Of a DNA stretch of 64,000 nt, positions 9,644 to 19,810 are shown in pieces. This DNA is from an uncultured Candidatus Bathyarchaeia archaeon (GTDB lineage: Archaea; Thermoproteota; Bathyarchaeia; RBG-16-48-13; CAYPFQ01): assembly GCA_964473665.1 (NCBI GenBank), contig CAYYPV010000076.1, positions 3,332-67,331 of the forward strand, in the 5' to 3' direction. Made by a program: the position numbers and the translations under genes. Within the stretch, counting starts at the first letter, position 1. Every line of letters starts with the position of its first letter. The notes beneath the pieces are model-generated. The model saw nothing but the letters and a program-made list of their open reading frames with translations, did no database searches and was not told where the DNA came from.

Positions 9644-10972
9644 ATGGCTCTGGATAAGCTCGGCTCTTCTCTTTATGAAGCTATGAGAAGAGTTCTTAGA
9701 GCACCAATTGTGGATGAGGCTGCCGTTAAAGAACTTGTTAAGGATATTCAACGGGCATTGCTGCAAGCTGACGTTAACGTCCAACTTGTTCTAGATGTTT
9801 CAAACAGAATTGAGAAGCGCACCTTAGAGGAGAAACTGCCACCAGGCATCTCAAGGCGAGAGCATGTAGTTAAAGTTGTTTATGAAGAATTAACAAAATT
9901 CCTTGGAGAAAAATCAGCGACTGCCAGTGTGGAAATGGGTAAGACTCAGGTTATTATGCTGGTCGGAATTCAAGGTTCTGGAAAGACTACGAGTGTAGCT
10001 AAGTTAGCTCGATACTACAAAAAAAGAGGGCTAAAGGTGGCAACGGTTTGTACAGATACATTCAGACCAGGAGCATATTACCAGCTAAAACAACTTGCAG
10101 ATGTAATAAATGTTCCAATTTACGGTGAAAATGAAGGCGATTCTATAAAGATAGCATTAAGCGGTGTTAAGAAGTTTAGAGACGATAAGTATGATGTAAT
10201 TCTAATTGATACCGCTGGGCGGCATAAAGATGAGAAAGGGTTACTTAAAGAAATGCAAGTAATGTCTGAGAAAGTAAATCCTGATGAAATAATTCTTGTG
10301 ATAGATGGAACCATCGGCCAGCAAGCTTCGGCACAGGCTAAAGCATTCAATGATGCAACAAAAGTCGGTTCAATTTTTGTTGCAAAACTTGATGGGTCGG
10401 CTAGAGGAGGAGGTGCATTGTCGGCGGTTGCTGCAATAGGTGCACCGATTAAGTTCATTGGTGTTGGTGAAAAAATTGACGATGTTGAGCTTTTCGAACC
10501 TTCTCGTTTTGTCGGAAGACTACTAGGCATGGGCGACTTGAAGAGTCTAGTTGAGCGCGTAAAAGAAGCTGAGGTAAAAGTTCCCGAGAAAAAGGCTAAG
10601 GCATTTCTAAGCGGAAAATTTACGTTGATGGATATGTATGAGCAGTTTGAATCTATGCAGAAACTTGGATCACTAAAACGTCTCTTGAACATGGTGCCTG
10701 GACTTGGATATAACCTGCCCGAAGATACTATTGTAGGAGCTGAAGATAAGATGAAAAAATGGCGCTTTATAATCCAATCAATGACCAAGGAAGAAAGAGA
10801 TGACCCAAAGATGCTTAATGCTTCAAGGATTCGGCGAGTAGCCCGCGGAGCTGGAGTTAGCGAGCATGATGTGAAGGAGCTTATACAACAATTTTTATTG
10901 ATGAAGAAAATGACCAAACAGATTATGAGAAAAGGACGAGGACTAAACCTGCAAAAACTCGGTCTATCCTAA
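9644..10972 (+). CDS. srp54: Signal recognition particle protein SRP54
   Basis: 442 aa with an N domain, a GTPase with 'GIQGSGKTT' and 'DTAGRH', and a Met-rich M domain. Confidence 0.95.
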   Translation: MALDKLGSSLYEAMRRVLRAPIVDEAAVKELVKDIQRALLQADVNVQLVLDVSNRIEKRTLEEKLPPGISRREHVVKVVYEELTKFLGEKSATASVEMGKTQVIMLVGIQGSGKTTSVAKLARYYKKRGLKVATVCTDTFRPGAYYQLKQLADVINVPIYGENEGDSIKIALSGVKKFRDDKYDVILIDTAGRHKDEKGLLKEMQVMSEKVNPDEIILVIDGTIGQQASAQAKAFNDATKVGSIFVAKLDGSARGGGALSAVAAIGAPIKFIGVGEKIDDVELFEPSRFVGRLLGMGDLKSLVERVKEAEVKVPEKKAKAFLSGKFTLMDMYEQFESMQKLGSLKRLLNMVPGLGYNLPEDTIVGAEDKMKKWRFIIQSMTKEERDDPKMLNASRIRRVARGAGVSEHDVKELIQQFLLMKKMTKQIMRKGRGLNLQKLGLS

Positions 10973-11202
10973 TTATTCGCGACATAGATTTGTTTTAGCT
11001 AGAGAAAAAGCATACAGGTAACTTTATGAAAAATAGGGAAAACCGCATGGCTTTCCCGATACATGTTACCTAATTTTCCCTCATCCCGACCGACCGCAAA
11101 AACAGCTAAGCAACAGGATAAAATCATTTTGTAATTGTTTAAATACTACCTTCTTATTTTTGCCTTAAAGGTTGAAGCTTCAACCTGAAGTAAGTTTTAG
11201 TT

Positions 11203-11502
11203 TTGGAGGAAAATTACATGAAATCCAAGGGTTACCGCTCAAAAACTAGAGATCTATTCCGCAAAAACCCTCGGGAGAGAGGGATGTCGCCCTTGGGTGG
11301 GTTATTACATGAATATACGCCGGGTAGCAAGGTAGTTATCCTAATAGATCCAAGCATTCAGAAAGGTATGCCGCATCGACGTTTTTACGGTAAAACAGGC
11401 GTCGTTATTGAGAGAAGAGGAAGAGCATACTGCATCGCTGTTGAAACTGGCGGAAAAACCAAAAAGGTGATAGCCAGACCTGAACACATTAAACAATACT
11501 GA
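11203..11502 (+). CDS. rpl21e: Ribosomal protein L21e
   Basis: 99 aa with an L21e-like N-terminus (KSKGYRSKTRDLFRK). Confidence 0.85.
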   Translation: MEENYMKSKGYRSKTRDLFRKNPRERGMSPLGGLLHEYTPGSKVVILIDPSIQKGMPHRRFYGKTGVVIERRGRAYCIAVETGGKTKKVIARPEHIKQY

Positions 11503-11522
11503 CCAGTGGAGGATTTAAGTTA

Positions 11523-11858
11523 ATGCCAAAGAAAAGTTTGAGTGAGAAACCTATCACTATAGCATCAGTAAAGAAAATTCTTGAGGAAAGAGGGGAAACT
11601 GAACTTGATCAATTCCAACATAGAACTCTTGATTTTGTACAGAAGTTCGCAAAATTGGATGCAAATAAAGCTGAAGAACTTGTCGGTAAACTTACTGAAA
11701 AGTTTGGTGTTGATACAAAGGAATCTGTTCAGATTGTTAACTGTATGCCCAAGAGCGTGGAAGAACTGCGCATTTTTTTTGCGGTAGGTAAACGTCGAAT
11801 TATCGCAACAGCTCAACTTGAGGACATTTTGAAACTCCTAGATGAATATCGAAAATAG
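11523..11858 (+). CDS. rpoF: RNA polymerase subunit F (Rpb4 homologue)
   Basis: 111 aa. It sits in the conserved order L21e–RpoF–DUF655–KsgA, and its helical HRDC-like sequence fits RpoF. Confidence 0.65.
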   Translation: MPKKSLSEKPITIASVKKILEERGETELDQFQHRTLDFVQKFAKLDANKAEELVGKLTEKFGVDTKESVQIVNCMPKSVEELRIFFAVGKRRIIATAQLEDILKLLDEYRK

Positions 11859-11902
11859 AATTCCTGGTATACGTTTTTCTAAACGATGGATGTTGAGCAA
11901 TC

Positions 11903-12481
11903 ATGGAGAAGAAAATAGAAGGAGTACCTAAGCGTTACGAAGAATACGCTTATGTGTTGGATCACCTTACCCTCGGGCGACCTACCGTTGGAAAACCGGC
12001 GTTTCGAGCGGAGCCCGTTGTGCAGGTTATTGGAGAAACCTATTTTACCTTGCTAGAGGCAGCAACAAGGGTTGGAGTAAACTTTTCACTGCATGAACGC
12101 GTATATGTTGGGAAAGACTCTCGTGAAAAAATTGAACACATAACTGGGCGCGTAAATTACGATGAACTAACTTCAACAGCAAAAAGCGAGTTACCAACCG
12201 TCATAGAGGAGATGATTAAAAATCAGGAGGATCGGTTTGTATCTTTCTTTAACAATGCACCTGCCATAACGCCGAGAATGCATGCACTCGAACTCATACC
12301 AGGGATAGGGAAAAAATACATGTGGCAGATTATAAATGAGAGAGAAAAGAAGTTTTTCCAGAGTTTTGCTGATATCCAAAAACGTGCAAATGTTCCAGAT
12401 CCAGCCAAATTAATTGCAAAGAGAATTTTAGAAGAATTAACGGAAGAGTCCAAGTATCGCCTTTTCACCCGTATACCGTAG
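11903..12481 (+). CDS. DUF655-family predicted RNA-binding protein (COG1491)
   Basis: 192 aa in the conserved position between rpoF and ksgA. A C-terminal HhH-like region is present. Confidence 0.55.
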   Translation: MEKKIEGVPKRYEEYAYVLDHLTLGRPTVGKPAFRAEPVVQVIGETYFTLLEAATRVGVNFSLHERVYVGKDSREKIEHITGRVNYDELTSTAKSELPTVIEEMIKNQEDRFVSFFNNAPAITPRMHALELIPGIGKKYMWQIINEREKKFFQSFADIQKRANVPDPAKLIAKRILEELTEESKYRLFTRIP

Positions 12482-12498
12482 TTAAGCCGTGCATCTAG

Positions 12499-13329
12499 AT
12501 GAGCTTGCTTTCTGAAGTTAGGCTGCTCCTCCAACGTTACAAGGTTAAGCCTAGAAAGAGGCTAGGGCAAAGCTTTGCTATCGACCGTAAATTTCTAGAG
12601 AAGATGACTGAGTATGGGGAGCTTAACCAAAGTGACATTGTGCTCGATGTAGGTGCTGGTTTGGGTTTTTTAACTGAAATGCTTGCTGAGAAGGCTGGCG
12701 AAGTAATCGCTGTTGAAGTGGACGAAAACCTCATTATAGCATTGATAAATCACCTTAGTCCTTTTAAAAACATAAAAATTATTCAGGGCGACATTCTGAA
12801 AATTGACATTCCTCATTTTACTAAGGTTGTCTCAAACCCGCCCTATTCGATATCATCACCGCTCATGTTTAAACTTCTCTTAAAGAAATTTGATTATGGC
12901 ATCTGCACATTTCAAGAGGATTTTGCAAGACGCCTTACAGCAAAAACGAAAGAACCTGATTACGGTCGCTTAACAGTCATGACATACTATCACGCTGACG
13001 TACAGCTATTGGAGCACGTATCCCCTAGGTCATTTTACCCTATACCCGAAGTTGGATCTGCTATTGTTCGTTTAACCCCTAGAAGCCCCCCATTCAAGGT
13101 CATTAATGAAGAATTCTTCTCAGATCTAGTTAGACTACTGTTTACTCAGCGCAGAAGGGAGGTTAAGAAGGCGCTAAAAGTCTTTTTTAACGCCAAAAAA
13201 ATTCCAAAGAATGAAGAATCAGGGCTCATAGATAACTTACCCTTCCTTAAAAGGCGAGTTGAAACACTTGAGCCAGAAGATTTCGGAGAGCTTTCCAACG
13301 AAATTTATATCGGGATGCATGTAAAATGA
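12499..13329 (+). CDS. ksgA: 16S rRNA (adenine1518/1519-N6)-dimethyltransferase KsgA/Dim1
   Basis: 276 aa with 'LGQSF' and a SAM-binding 'VLDVGAGLGFLT' motif. Confidence 0.9.
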   Translation: MSLLSEVRLLLQRYKVKPRKRLGQSFAIDRKFLEKMTEYGELNQSDIVLDVGAGLGFLTEMLAEKAGEVIAVEVDENLIIALINHLSPFKNIKIIQGDILKIDIPHFTKVVSNPPYSISSPLMFKLLLKKFDYGICTFQEDFARRLTAKTKEPDYGRLTVMTYYHADVQLLEHVSPRSFYPIPEVGSAIVRLTPRSPPFKVINEEFFSDLVRLLFTQRRREVKKALKVFFNAKKIPKNEESGLIDNLPFLKRRVETLEPEDFGELSNEIYIGMHVK

Positions 13330-13357
13330 AAAGCCTAAAAGATGCGGATGAAGGACA

Positions 13358-13900
13358 ATGATTCTCTCAGATTTTGATCTAAGAAATTACATTAAAGCAG
13401 GCCGATTGATGATTAAGCCCTTCTGCAAAGAAATAGTTAGAGAAAACGGTATAGATTTCAGACTTGGTAACGAAATTGCTCGGCTTAAGTCCAAATCTAA
13501 AGTGCTTGACATGCGTAAAAGCGAAGTATCGGATTTTTACACCGTTGAAAAAGGCGGGAACTTCATTGTATATCCAAACGAGAGAATTCTGGCGTCAATT
13601 TTGGAAAGAATTGAGATGCCAACGGATTTAATGGGTTTTGTCCAACTGAGGTCTACTTACGCCAGACTAGGATTAGCGTTACCTCCAACAATTGTAGACG
13701 CAAATTTTTCAGGGCAATTAACCCTTGAAGTACTAGGAGGCAGTTTTCCAGTTAAAATCTATGCTGGAGACCGTTTTTGTCACGTTATTTTTGCGAAATT
13801 GACATCGCCAGTTGAAAAACCATACATGGGTAAGTATCAGCGCCAACATGGAGTGACATTGCCAATACCCGATAAGACAAGACGCTTAAAGAAACGCTGA
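13358..13900 (+). CDS. dcd: dCTP deaminase / dUTPase-family protein
   Basis: 180 aa of dUTPase-fold sequence (GIDFRLGNEIA…LRSTYARLGL). Confidence 0.7.
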   Translation: MILSDFDLRNYIKAGRLMIKPFCKEIVRENGIDFRLGNEIARLKSKSKVLDMRKSEVSDFYTVEKGGNFIVYPNERILASILERIEMPTDLMGFVQLRSTYARLGLALPPTIVDANFSGQLTLEVLGGSFPVKIYAGDRFCHVIFAKLTSPVEKPYMGKYQRQHGVTLPIPDKTRRLKKR

Positions 13901-13910
13901 TTACATCCGT

Positions 13911-16307
13911 TTATTCAGTTTCTTTTTCCCTATCGCTTAAAACACATTCAAGTAGAATTTTCTGTTCAATAGATGCCACTAGTTTTCTTGTAGCTATCAC
14001 AGTGTCAGGGTTAACACTCATGCTGGTTGCGCCCTGCCTCACTAAAAATTCACAGTACTCAGGATAGACTGATGGAGCTTGTCCGCATATGGATGTAGTA
14101 ACGCCGTGTTCTTTGCATGTTTTTATCGTGCGAGCTAAAGCTCTTAGAATGCCTGGATCTCTCTCATCGTAAATTTCAGCTATACTGGCATCGTCACGAT
14201 CAATTCCTAAAATTAGCATCGTTAAATCATTAGTACCGAACGAAATTCCGTCAATACCTGTTTCGATAAACTTGTCTATTAGAAAAACTGCATTAGGGAC
14301 TTCAACCATGATCCAGAGTTTAAAGTCACGACTACGTTTTAGATTTTCTCCCTCCATTATCTTCTTAGTTTCTACAACGTCGGCGAGTGTTCTAACGAAC
14401 GGAATCATTCCTACTACATTTTTTAAGCCAAAATCCTCTCGAACTTTATTGATTGCACGACATTCTAAGCGGAATATTTCCGGTTCTTTCCGGTACCTGA
14501 AGGCGCCTCTATAGCCAATTAATGGATTAGGTCCAACATGTCCAAGTTCCCTCTCAATTTCGCCCCCCTCAAGACCTAGAAACTCATCTGGTTTAAAGTC
14601 TAGGAATCTGTAGACTACAGGTCTTGGGTAAAATGCCTCAGCAACCTTTCTGATGCCTTCTGCGAAGGCATCAATCATTTTGTCACCTCCGCCTTCTTGA
14701 ATAAGTTTCCTTGGATGCTTACCAATGCTTAGCAGCATGTGTTCTGCCCGCAGCAAACCAACGCCGTCGGGCTGATTTTCTTTAAAAACCTTTTCAGCGA
14801 TTTCAGGGATGGATAGGTTTACGTAGATTTTCGTAGCTGTTGTTGGTATGTAGGTTACGTTAGACACCAGCATAGCTGGGGCTGCTGCTTCTGGCTTAAC
14901 AACGGACTCGATTATTCCTTTGTATATTATGCCCGCCTTTGCATCAACCGTATAATTTTCTCCCGTAATCAACACCTTAGTCGCTTCCTTTGTTCCTACA
15001 ATGCAAGGTATTCCCATCTCGCGGCTAACTATCGCTGCGTGACACGTCATTCCTCCCTCATCAGTAACTATGGCTCCCGCCATTTTCATAAAGGGCGCCC
15101 AATCTGGGTTTGTCATTTTAGTAACAAGAACATCACCGTTCTTCATCATTCGGTCTGCTTCTTTGGTTGTAAAAGTTACTTTTGCCGGCCCTGCATAGAC
15201 ACCTGGACTAGCAGGAAGACCTTTGAGAACAATAACTCGTGAATTGGTTACCGCCGCGGCTTTAGACGCTTCAATTTGAGGCTTAACCATTTTAGCACTC
15301 CAAACCGTTTCAGGTCTTGATTGAACGATAAATATGCTATCTGGAAACGGTAAGTCATTGTCGATTGAAAATTCAATATCCTGTGCCTTTTGGTAATGGT
15401 CTTCAATTTTTTTAGCTAATTCTGATAGGCGAATTATCTCCTCATCAGTTAAGCTTGACGATGCCTGTTTTTCTCGAGGCAGATTCACATGAATAGTCTT
15501 TCCAGTCTTTTGATCCTTTAAATAAGCAATTGTTTTATTCGCTATCTCTTTATCCAAGATTTTAAGCGTATTTTTATCTATTGTATAACGGTCGGGGGTA
15601 ACAGCTCCCGAAACTAGGCTTTCTCCAAGCCCCCATGTGGCCTCTATTATAATTTTACTCGTATCACCTGTAACTGGGTGAAGAGTGAACATTACGCCTG
15701 CTGCTTTCGCGTTGACCATTTTCTGCACTCCCACGCTTATAAGGACATTTTCATGTCTGAAGCCTTTCTCTGTCCTGTAAAAAATAGCTCTTGGAGTGAA
15801 CAGGCTTGACCAACATTTTTGTACACTTTTTAGTAGTTCCTCATCTCCAGAAACGTTTAGAAAGGTTTCCTGTTGACCGGCAAACGATGCGTCAGGTAAA
15901 TCTTCAGCTGTAGCTGAAGAGCGAACAGCTACAAAGACCTTCGATGAACCGATTTGCTTGTTGAGTTTTTTATAGGAATCCTTAATTGCAGCTATAGTAT
16001 CAACAGGCATCGCCGTAGTTTCTATAAGTTTCCTTATCTGCTCTGAAGCTAGTTCATACTCCTTCGGGTCATTTATGTCCTTTACATTATCATTTATTAT
16101 CTTGTAAATGCGTTCAGCTATTCCTGTGGTAGTTATAAATTGTTGATAGGTATAAGCGGTAATAGCAAACCCTGGTGGAACAGGTATTCCTGCACTGATC
16201 ATTTCACCTAAATTTGCATTCTTTCCTCCAACCAAAGGAATATCGTCCTTACGCAGCTCATCAAACCATAAAATCATTTTTTCTGTTTTTGCAATCATAC
16301 AAATCAC
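13911..16307 (-). CDS. ppsA: Phosphoenolpyruvate synthase (pyruvate, water dikinase)
   Basis: 798 aa with an N-terminal ATP-grasp, a central phospho-His domain (GMTCHAAIVSREMGIPCIVG) and a C-terminal PEP-utilising domain. Confidence 0.85.
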   Translation of the reverse strand: MICMIAKTEKMILWFDELRKDDIPLVGGKNANLGEMISAGIPVPPGFAITAYTYQQFITTTGIAERIYKIINDNVKDINDPKEYELASEQIRKLIETTAMPVDTIAAIKDSYKKLNKQIGSSKVFVAVRSSATAEDLPDASFAGQQETFLNVSGDEELLKSVQKCWSSLFTPRAIFYRTEKGFRHENVLISVGVQKMVNAKAAGVMFTLHPVTGDTSKIIIEATWGLGESLVSGAVTPDRYTIDKNTLKILDKEIANKTIAYLKDQKTGKTIHVNLPREKQASSSLTDEEIIRLSELAKKIEDHYQKAQDIEFSIDNDLPFPDSIFIVQSRPETVWSAKMVKPQIEASKAAAVTNSRVIVLKGLPASPGVYAGPAKVTFTTKEADRMMKNGDVLVTKMTNPDWAPFMKMAGAIVTDEGGMTCHAAIVSREMGIPCIVGTKEATKVLITGENYTVDAKAGIIYKGIIESVVKPEAAAPAMLVSNVTYIPTTATKIYVNLSIPEIAEKVFKENQPDGVGLLRAEHMLLSIGKHPRKLIQEGGGDKMIDAFAEGIRKVAEAFYPRPVVYRFLDFKPDEFLGLEGGEIERELGHVGPNPLIGYRGAFRYRKEPEIFRLECRAINKVREDFGLKNVVGMIPFVRTLADVVETKKIMEGENLKRSRDFKLWIMVEVPNAVFLIDKFIETGIDGISFGTNDLTMLILGIDRDDASIAEIYDERDPGILRALARTIKTCKEHGVTTSICGQAPSVYPEYCEFLVRQGATSMSVNPDTVIATRKLVASIEQKILLECVLSDREKETE

Positions 16308-16668
16308 AATCTCAGCATATTCGCTGAAGCGGGCAATTAAGTAAAGGAATAAACATCAAATTAAAAACCTGACGGTCAATTGTCATAGTGTTCAACGCTT
16401 TAAAATATACCTTTAAAGCCGCTTAAAAGACGAAATGCACGTAATTTTTAGCATGAATTATGTTGTGTTCAGATAATCCATGTTGTAAAACCAAACCGTT
16501 TTCTTCACGTGAAGACCCCATTTTGGCTCAACAAACAACCATTTGTTCTAATCTTTAACTTCAAGAATCCGCTTCACTCACCCGATTTACCTCATTATAG
16601 CTTCTGAAAAATAACTAAACATTAAAATAAAGCCAATAAGACGGTATTCTGAGCGGAGGCTAAGTTTA

Positions 16669-17178
16669 TTGAAGGGAAAAAATTATCGAAGCATCACCGG
16701 CCAAGCATATACTAGGAAGGAGTATATCCACGCTTCTCCTCAGTCCAGATTGGGTAAGTTTACTATGGGTGATACAAAAGCAAAATTTGAGCAGAGAGTT
16801 TCATTGGTTTCCATTGAGAATGTTCAAATTCGTCATAATGCGTTAGAGGCGGCACGCATTGCAGCTAACAAAGTTCTCTTTGATAAACTTGGAGAGAAAG
16901 GCTACTGTCTCCGTATTCAAGTTTATCCGCATCAAGTGTTTAGAGAGAATAAGATGATGGCTTTTGCTGGCGCTGACCGATTGCAGAAGGGAATGAGACA
17001 GTCTTTTGGGACTCCAACCGGAACAGCAGCGCGAGTAAGGATAAATCAGGCTATAATGTTTGCAGATGTAAATGCTAATGGGATAGAAGTCGCCAAACTT
17101 GCGCTTGAACAGGGATCTAAAAAGTTACCGACAGTTTGTCGCGTTGAAATAAAAAAGCTCGATCTTTCAGCAGCGTAA
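16669..17178 (+). CDS. rpl10e: Ribosomal protein L10e (uL16)
   Basis: 169 aa with the L10e N-terminal pattern (YRSITGQAYTRKEYI). Confidence 0.85.
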   Translation: MKGKNYRSITGQAYTRKEYIHASPQSRLGKFTMGDTKAKFEQRVSLVSIENVQIRHNALEAARIAANKVLFDKLGEKGYCLRIQVYPHQVFRENKMMAFAGADRLQKGMRQSFGTPTGTAARVRINQAIMFADVNANGIEVAKLALEQGSKKLPTVCRVEIKKLDLSAA

Positions 17179-17184
17179 GTAGGC

Positions 17185-17847
17185 GTGAAATCATCGGGAT
17201 TTCTATTGCAGAAAAAGATTCCGAAAAAAAGAGACCTTGAAATTGCTTTATCCGTAATAAAGCCACATCCGGTGCCTAAAGTTTGGTTGGAGCAATATAC
17301 TATCCCGCCAAATAATGCTGCGGACATTCTTCATCTGGCAGCTTTCACGTTTAACGATGTGGTTGGAAAAGTTGTTTTTGATTTAGGTTGTGGAACTGGG
17401 CGGCTTGGAATCGGCGCTGCTTTACTCGGGGCGAAAGAGGTTGTCGGAGTAGATATAGATACAATGTCTGTGAAAGAAGCGCGCAGAAACGCGAAGAAAT
17501 TTGATGTTCAAGACAGAACATTATGGGTTGCTGCGGACATAGATTCAATTCATGGATCATGCGACACGGTTATACAAAATCCTCCCTTTGGCGTTCAACG
17601 GCGAACCATTGACAGAAGGTTCATCCAAAAAGCTTTAGAGGTAGGAAAAGTTGTTTACTCTCTCCATAAAAGCGGAGAAAGCAATAGAGAATTCATAAAT
17701 GGATTCGTTAAAAAATGTGGAGGTAATGTTAAAGGTATATTTCAGATGACTTTGATAATACCGTTAACATTCAAATTTCATAATAGGAATAAGTATCCTG
17801 TTAAAGCTGATCTGTATAGAATTATAAAGGGGAAAAATGTTGAATAG
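17185..17847 (+). CDS. METTL5-like SAM-dependent RNA methyltransferase (COG2263, predicted rRNA m6A methyltransferase)
   Basis: 220 aa with a SAM motif 'VVFDLGCGTGRLG' and an 'NPPFG' N6-adenine methyltransferase motif. Confidence 0.65.
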   Translation: MKSSGFLLQKKIPKKRDLEIALSVIKPHPVPKVWLEQYTIPPNNAADILHLAAFTFNDVVGKVVFDLGCGTGRLGIGAALLGAKEVVGVDIDTMSVKEARRNAKKFDVQDRTLWVAADIDSIHGSCDTVIQNPPFGVQRRTIDRRFIQKALEVGKVVYSLHKSGESNREFINGFVKKCGGNVKGIFQMTLIIPLTFKFHNRNKYPVKADLYRIIKGKNVE

Positions 17848-18421
17848 CGAAAAAGTTAACAGAAGCGGTAAATTCGTTGTGCCAGGAGATAAGCTTGGTG
17901 TTATAGAAGAATTTCTTCCTGGTCTTGGTACATATGTAAGCGGTGGAGAAATCTATTCCTCAGTAACAGGTCAAATAATGATAGATACATCTAGTAAAAC
18001 TGTTTCTGTCAACTCACATGTACACTCTCCAATTGTACCTCGTGAGGGAAGTATCGTTATAGGACAAGTCTCAATGGTTCAGGATAAGATTGCTGTTGTG
18101 CAGATTTTTAACATTGGAAAGCAGCACATTCCTTCAGGTCTTTTCTCTGGGAACATTCATATTTCGATGGTTAGTCAAGGTTTTGTTAAGTCAATGTTCA
18201 ACGCCTTAAAAACAGCGGACATAGTTTTAGCCAGAGTAACAAATGATAAAAATGCTTCGTATCAGCTTACAATAGCGGACAGAGATCTAGGTGTTCTATA
18301 TGCATTCTGCTCACGCTGCAGCAATCTCTTAATGTTAAAAGATCATCATCTTCAATGTCCTATCTGCGAAAATGTAGAGGAGAGAAAGATAGCTGCCGAA
18401 TACGGTGTAGCAGCCATTTAA
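17837..18421 (+). CDS. csl4: Exosome complex RNA-binding subunit Csl4
   Basis: 194 aa with N-terminal and S1 domains and a C-terminal Zn ribbon (CSRCS…CPICE). Confidence 0.8.
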   Translation: MLNSEKVNRSGKFVVPGDKLGVIEEFLPGLGTYVSGGEIYSSVTGQIMIDTSSKTVSVNSHVHSPIVPREGSIVIGQVSMVQDKIAVVQIFNIGKQHIPSGLFSGNIHISMVSQGFVKSMFNALKTADIVLARVTNDKNASYQLTIADRDLGVLYAFCSRCSNLLMLKDHHLQCPICENVEERKIAAEYGVAAI

Positions 18422-18442
18422 AGTGATTAAGTGGGATAAATT

Positions 18443-18736
18443 ATGAAAGTAAATATTTTGAATAAGACAAAAAACGAATTAAAAATTGAAATTGAAGGCG
18501 AGGGACATACGTTTTGTAACATATTACATAAAACCCTTCTAAATGATAGCTCTGTCGAGTTTGCAGGATATGAAATTCCTCATCCGCTTACCGCTAGTCC
18601 AGTAGTCTACGTTCGGACAAAAAGCCAAAAAAGTCCTGAAAAAGCGTTGATAAATGCTGCTAAAAAAATTGGGACTGACGCAGAAGAGTTTCGAAGAACA
18701 TTTGGAGAAGCTTGTAAGAAGAGCGTAAAAACATAA
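18443..18736 (+). CDS. rpoL: RNA polymerase subunit L (Rpb11 homologue)
   Basis: 97 aa with 'EGEGHTFCNILHKTL', the RpoL/Rpb11 motif. Confidence 0.7.
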   Translation: MKVNILNKTKNELKIEIEGEGHTFCNILHKTLLNDSSVEFAGYEIPHPLTASPVVYVRTKSQKSPEKALINAAKKIGTDAEEFRRTFGEACKKSVKT

Positions 18737-19150
18737 ATGGCACTCAATACGCCACCTCCAGGAATGAGGGAGAAGATTCTCGGAGGGAAACGTGAGAGGA
18801 CTATACGGGAGATTCTTTTGGATAAGAATTTAGCTGGACTTGGTGATGCTTATGTTAATTTTATTTATTCATTGGCCGGCTCCGAAAAAATTGGGAAACC
18901 CTTAGGTTTAAAGGCCACAGGAAAAACTCTGGCCGAAGCGATAAAAAGAGCAGGATTAAGAGATTTTTTGCCAGGCAGGATCGATCGCCATAAGCAAGGT
19001 GACGCAGCTGAGGCGATGATTCTTTACGCATGGTTATGCGGTAAAATCACAATCGATGAATATGTTTGTATCCTTGAAAACAATTTTAACGACCCAGTTA
19101 AAGCATTCACTGAACTTCTTATAGAAGCTAAAAAACGTCTTGGGTGCTAA
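18737..19150 (+). CDS. Single-domain RNase III-like protein (Mini-III/COG1939-like), no dsRBD
   Basis: 137 aa. 'NLAGLGDAYVNFIYS' aligns with the RNase III signature (ERLEFLGDA) and 'GDAAEAMILYAWL' aligns with the second catalytic motif (ADAFEALIGAIYL). Confidence 0.45.
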   Translation: MALNTPPPGMREKILGGKRERTIREILLDKNLAGLGDAYVNFIYSLAGSEKIGKPLGLKATGKTLAEAIKRAGLRDFLPGRIDRHKQGDAAEAMILYAWLCGKITIDEYVCILENNFNDPVKAFTELLIEAKKRLGC

Positions 19151-19246
19151 TTTACGCCACAAACAGCAAAGTTTAGAGAGATAAAAGCAGAGATACGCGT
19201 ACTCGGTATAAGCTGTTCTGTTACAAATCAAAGAAAACTCGTCCCT

Positions 19247-19750
19247 GTGATCGGTGTTATTTATCGAGGAAAAATGTGGCTTGACGGAGTTATTAAGACC
19301 GCTGTAAAAAAAGATGGACTTGATGCAACAGAAAAAATAACTGAAATGATAATCAAATCGCCTCACTATGAACAGTTGAGAGTTATTCTGTTAAATGGGA
19401 TAATCTTAGCGGACTTCAATGTAGTAGATATAACGCAGCTCTATAAAAATACAAAATTGCCAGTTATTGTTATCACTAATAATAAGGTTGATTTAACAAG
19501 AATAAAACCTGCGGTGATGCAGAAGCCAAATTGGAAAAAACGATGGGATGCAATGCAGAAGGCTGGGGAAGCATATCCACTTAAGTTAGAAACCGCTGCC
19601 CAGAATAAGATTTTAATACAGATTGCTGGCATTTCCAGGCAGGATGCCGAAAAAATTGTTGAAAAAACCTGTGCTAAAAATAAAATTCCTGAAGCATTAC
19701 GAGTCGCAAACATGATTGCAAAAGGATTTGGTAAGGTTAAAATTGATTGA
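19247..19750 (+). CDS. DUF99 (UPF0215, COG1628) family protein
   Basis: 167 aa in a typical archaeal RNA-processing neighbourhood. Confidence 0.5.
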   Translation: MIGVIYRGKMWLDGVIKTAVKKDGLDATEKITEMIIKSPHYEQLRVILLNGIILADFNVVDITQLYKNTKLPVIVITNNKVDLTRIKPAVMQKPNWKKRWDAMQKAGEAYPLKLETAAQNKILIQIAGISRQDAEKIVEKTCAKNKIPEALRVANMIAKGFGKVKID

Positions 19751-19810
19751 CATAAAGTTTAAAAGAACGGTAATTATAGGAAGGAGAAACCGTGAAAGGG
19801 TGAAACCTTA

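Noticed and set aside
10120-10917. 265-aa ORF antisense to SRP54, among many antisense or alternate-frame ORFs in the track. Others are 41989–42957 inside tuf; 32823–33749, 34233–34875, 35478–36476 and 38691–38933 inside rpoB/rpoA; 14272–14514 and 15039–15242 inside ppsA; 6855–7217 opposite aIF5A.
   Set aside because: They lie entirely inside, and antisense or out of frame to, strongly conserved genes. Their composition is low-complexity or Ser/Pro-rich, typical of spurious reverse-frame ORFs. None has a recognisable motif.
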